Positions 63,802 to 64,000 of a stretch of DNA of 64,000 bases are shown piece by piece (the first letter of the stretch is position 1; each line of letters begins with the position of its first letter). The translations under genes were made by a program, and so were the position numbers. Origin of the DNA: Nageia nagi (lineage: Eukaryota > Plantae > Pinophyta); contig JBITNC010000001.1 in NCBI GenBank assembly GCA_050084985.1, forward strand, positions 160,394,001-160,458,000, read 5' to 3'. The notes beneath the pieces are model-generated. The model worked only from the letters and a program-made list of their open reading frames with translations. It was not told the DNA's origin and searched no databases.

Positions 63802-64000
63802 TTCTATTTCTTTTCCTTTAAACATTGAAAAAATAAAATTTAGAACAATAAACAACACTTACATTAGTGATGTTCGTAATACATGTACATTTGGTGGATT
63901 CGCATAATTATTTATTCTTTGTCATATGATTTGGTCATGGATTATTTCTTCACCTTTTATAAAGTATTTCAATTTAAAAAGAAGTACAGCTGCCACCTTA

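Noticed and set aside
63658-63858. ORF with YIYIYI repeat and NLS-like PPPPKRKR
   Set aside because: It is produced by the (TA)n microsatellite, with no other coding evidence.

Overview
AT-rich, CpG-poor, gene-poor plant nuclear DNA. The repeat content (PROT-aRH-RT Tat element, Sola2-like transposase, style of the PLS-PPR motifs) points to a gymnosperm or conifer; this is inference. No intact protein-coding gene is visible, and everything is a relic riddled with C>T/G>A changes. Layout from left to right: (1-3.4 kb) a spliced minus-strand pseudogene whose first coding exon resembles a Copia gag N-terminus, downstream of a Sola-like terminus; (3.4-7.3 kb) shredded, tandemly amplified PLS-class PPR fragments; (7.4-18.7 kb) two minus-strand L1-type LINEs, with two copies of an unexplained extra ORF family flanking ORF1/ORF2; (20.3-25.2 kb) a Sola2-like DNA transposon relic with a tRNA-Lys(UUU) pseudogene and a telomere-like G-rich tract just downstream of the transposase; (25.2-30.2 kb) more PPR/E/DYW mosaic; (32735-57661) a full-length minus-strand Ty3/Gypsy Tat element with a CTTTG TSD and tRNA-Trp PBS, whose integrase is split by a second Tat element (34619-~51331, + strand, aRH between protease and RT, 3.8-kb extra ORF), which is itself split by a 3.6-kb TG...CA insert (37850-41464) carrying a PPR array; (57.7-64 kb) DYW/E+ pseudogenes, probable hAT and Copia remnants and a (TA)n microsatellite. 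All calls come from manual translation and alignment. Coordinates of degraded domains are approximate.
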